From Tubulanus polymorphus (lineage: Eukaryota > Animalia > Nemertea), in the NCBI RefSeq assembly GCF_964204645.1, contig NC_134033.1:13834655-13898654 (forward strand): a DNA stretch of 64,000 nucleotides. The letters run 5' to 3'. The notes under the pieces are model-generated. The model saw nothing but the letters and a program-made list of their open reading frames with translations. It had not been told where the DNA came from and did not search any database. Of the stretch, positions 61,701 through 64,000 are shown one piece after another; the first letter of the stretch is position 1, and every line of letters begins with the position of its first letter. Position numbers and translations under genes: made by a program.

Positions 61701-64000
61701 AATCTTGGTTCGATAAGATGTATTGTTTCAAGATCGCCGTGTATGTCCAGGGGTATAGATTTAGATAGTAGCAGTCATTGAGGTCGGAAGTCATTTGGCT
61801 TAACAATAAAAAGCTTTATTTACAATCAACAATGAATCTTTTAGAAATAATTCTGAATCGTTTGAAAAAATGTTTGCAGTTATATTTGTTTGCTGAGTGT
61901 TGTTAATACGACTTTTTCTAGCGAAGGAGAATAGTCAAGAAGGAATCAGTGAGGATGATAGTCCTTGCACAAAATGTGGAAAATACGATCATCCTGAAAT
62001 GGTAAGTTTTAGTTCACCTGCACTTGACCATACGAGATTGAATAGGATTAGGTAAATAGACCTACCGGTAGGTTGAACTCCTTTATTGTCCTGGATGAGA
62101 CATCTCAGAATTGGAAGACTTTGGGGTGTTGCTGCTACCTTGAGATAAGATGTGGTTCAGAGTTGGATCCAGAGGCCAATTTTTAAGGACTTTTTACATC
62201 CCGAAAGGGGACTTTAATGTCCATGTCCAAAAAGGCAATATTAAGTCTAATCCCACACTGAAATGCACCAATTATCTTTTTTGACAAAATGAAAGAGGCA
62301 CTCAAAAAAATTTTATAGACTATAAGAACCGTGATCTGCCCCTGTGGTTGATAAAGTGGTATTTAAGACATTATCACCAGTCTTGCATTCGTCCGCTACA
62401 AGTCTCGCAGTAGTGTTATTAGAGCTCAATAGATGCCGAATTCAGTTTCGATCGCTGAATTGATTGAAATGTCGTTATTATTTGTTATAGATATTATTAT
62501 GCGATACGTGTGATGCCGGATACCACACTTCCTGTCTCCGTCCTCCGGTTATGGTAATACCGGAAGCTGATTGGTTCTGTCCCGCTTGCGAACACGTTAG
62601 TATTTCGTACCGCGTATGTTGTGTGATCCATCGATGTTTGGTTCTCGGTCATCGAAACTCTAAAACTCTTATCATTCACAGAAAAACCTCATCACGCAGT
62701 TACAAGAGTACATCCGACATTTCGACGTGCATTATAAAGAAAAAGAGCGCATGGATCGAAGGTAATTGATTTATTTTAACCATTTAGGGACCCTGGGGCT
62801 GGTTCTGATTAAACACTTATTACAAAGCCTTAGAAATGAGCATTTTCCCTGTAGTAATGTGTGGAGTTATCTATCTTGAATGTGCAGTCTGAATTTATGT
62901 CAATCCCCATAAATGTTGTTGTTTCTGTTTGTAGGAAAGAGAGACTAGCCTACGTAACAATCAGTCTGGACAATGTTCTACACAATGTAAGTTTATTTAT
63001 AAAATGCGTATTGTTGAATCATATTTACGCTGTTTGCTGTCTATTACGATTAGATCAGTATTTAACCCTTTCTATTCTGTTACCTACTACTGCTGTCCTA
63101 TTTAGCTAGGTTCGGTATGAAACTATGTCTTATGTCTAACCCGTTTCTATCTGGTTTCGTTATTTATCCAGGAACGCGATGAAATCGAGCAGGTCAGGGA
63201 ACGCAAGCAACAGAAACGTCGGGAACGCGACGAACGCAAGCGCCAACGACGTCAATACTACGACTGGGACGACGAAGACGCGGAGGATGACGTCGAAGAG
63301 GAAGAAGAGGAGGTGATCTATACGCGGTCGACGCGCGAACGCAAACAAATCAATTATCGATTTGACGATTACGATCATTTGATTTACGACGCGATTAAAG
63401 ACGAAGTGGAAGAGGTGGAAGGAGTTCCACATGGTTAGTAATTGAGCGTATTTCCTTCCTTCTCCATCCCCAGTGATTACCATTTCTCCAGATTTCCAGA
63501 TTTTTCTAATTGTCAATTTATGGATAAGTTGTCAGATTAGCTATAGAACTTAAGGAGATGATCTTTGACGGTCACGGATTATAGGTAAGACCAGTCTAAG
63601 ACCAACTTAGTTCTATAGCCAATCAAACGACTTAATTTCAGTCTTGAGAATTGAGACCACTTTTGGACTGAAGCCATAACTATGGAATAAACCTCTAATA
63701 CTCTGAAAGGGCTTTAAAGAAACAAATTTTCCAAATTCCCCTTTGCACCTTTGATACTTGCCTTAAAGTAATTCCTCATTTTATCAGCACCTCTTGACTT
63801 TTGACCTATTTGAACTCTGTAAGTTTTGACTCGTCAATGATTTTTCTCCTGTTTTATGTTAAACGCGTGCAGGTCGCGGTAAAGACATCGCGAATATCGT
63901 CAACGCGTCCAAAGATTCCGACGAAGCCGAATTAGACGCCGACGAAATCAAAGCTCGACTCGGCGATGATCCCGTAGATGGCGCCACCGCCGGCGAGCAG
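55714..64000 (+). CDS. RSF1: Remodeling and spacing factor 1, 3'-partial
   Basis: N-terminal DPNYAVICSHLNQFG; WHIM-like NLLEAQFD..KFKEKINEK.PDELR..PCGRDLDGFCYWY..DSDMNIRLYREEQDD; a 2-kb acidic exon (58738-60776); PHD finger CTKCGKYDHPEM|ILLCDTCDAGYHTSCLRPPVMVIPEADWFCPACEH; then RKERLAYVTISLDNVL and RKQINYRFDDYD. Confidence 0.93.
57561..57827. mobile_element. PIF/Harbinger-like MITE
   Basis: ~40-bp imperfect TIRs (..ATCGACA..GCGA.TGGAGACAACTAGTTGC) with TTA on both sides. Confidence 0.8.
60218..60458 (+). repeat. Coding 21-bp tandem repeat, (TEEPPVV)-like, about 11 units in RSF1
   Basis: Translation KEPPVITEESSVSTEEPAVV...TEEPPVVTEEPPVVTEEPPVITEGPPVVTEEV. Confidence 0.9.
60839..61074 (+). 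mobile_element. 5'-truncated L2/CR1-type LINE with a 16-bp TSD
   Basis: Encodes PKLRNSLPK..RSLDSINSFKSQLKIWLF (L2 ORF2 C-terminus) and ends in the tail GCGCTATATAAAT..TTATTAT. Flanked by CAATTCGTGTCTGTGA at 60823-60838 and 61075-61090. Confidence 0.8.
61484..61800 (-). mobile_element. Degraded L2-type LINE 3' fragment
   Basis: The minus strand reads LIEPRFCLSNFGGRAF... and ends AAGCGCATTCGAAC...GCGCTATATAAAT..TTATCATTATC. Confidence 0.65.

Noticed and set aside
1-64000. Naming the source species
   Set aside because: Gene content fits a marine invertebrate bilaterian, but nothing in the window is diagnostic.

Overview
This is intron-rich animal genomic DNA, from an invertebrate bilaterian that I cannot name. 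There is no prokaryotic, phage or CRISPR content. All gene models were built by hand from GT-AG splice sites and reading-frame phase, and family assignments rest on recalled motifs, not database searches. In order, the window holds: the 3' part of TBC1D24/skywalker (+), with a nested intron-containing tRNA-Tyr and a nested antisense ORF; a secreted multicopper-oxidase (laccase-fold) gene (-) that has lost most copper ligands and carries two C-terminal ShKT domains; an MS4A/CD20-like gene with a Pro/Gly/Gln repeat, plus its truncated tandem pseudogene; a GPI-anchored Ly6/uPAR three-finger gene (-); a secreted Gly/Asn/His-rich protein (-); a class II CPD photolyase (+); two tandemly duplicated secreted multi-Ig genes (+); angiomotin (+); and RSF1 (+, running off the 3' end). 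Introns and spacers contain many MITEs with readable TIRs and TSDs (TAA/TTA, CTG, TTAA and 9-bp classes), L2 fragments, minisatellites and a 250-bp-arm hairpin. The best candidates for something new are the copper-ligand-deficient laccase-ShKT fusion, the patch-diversified Ig gene pair, and alternative angiomotin N-termini that add or remove a PPxY motif.
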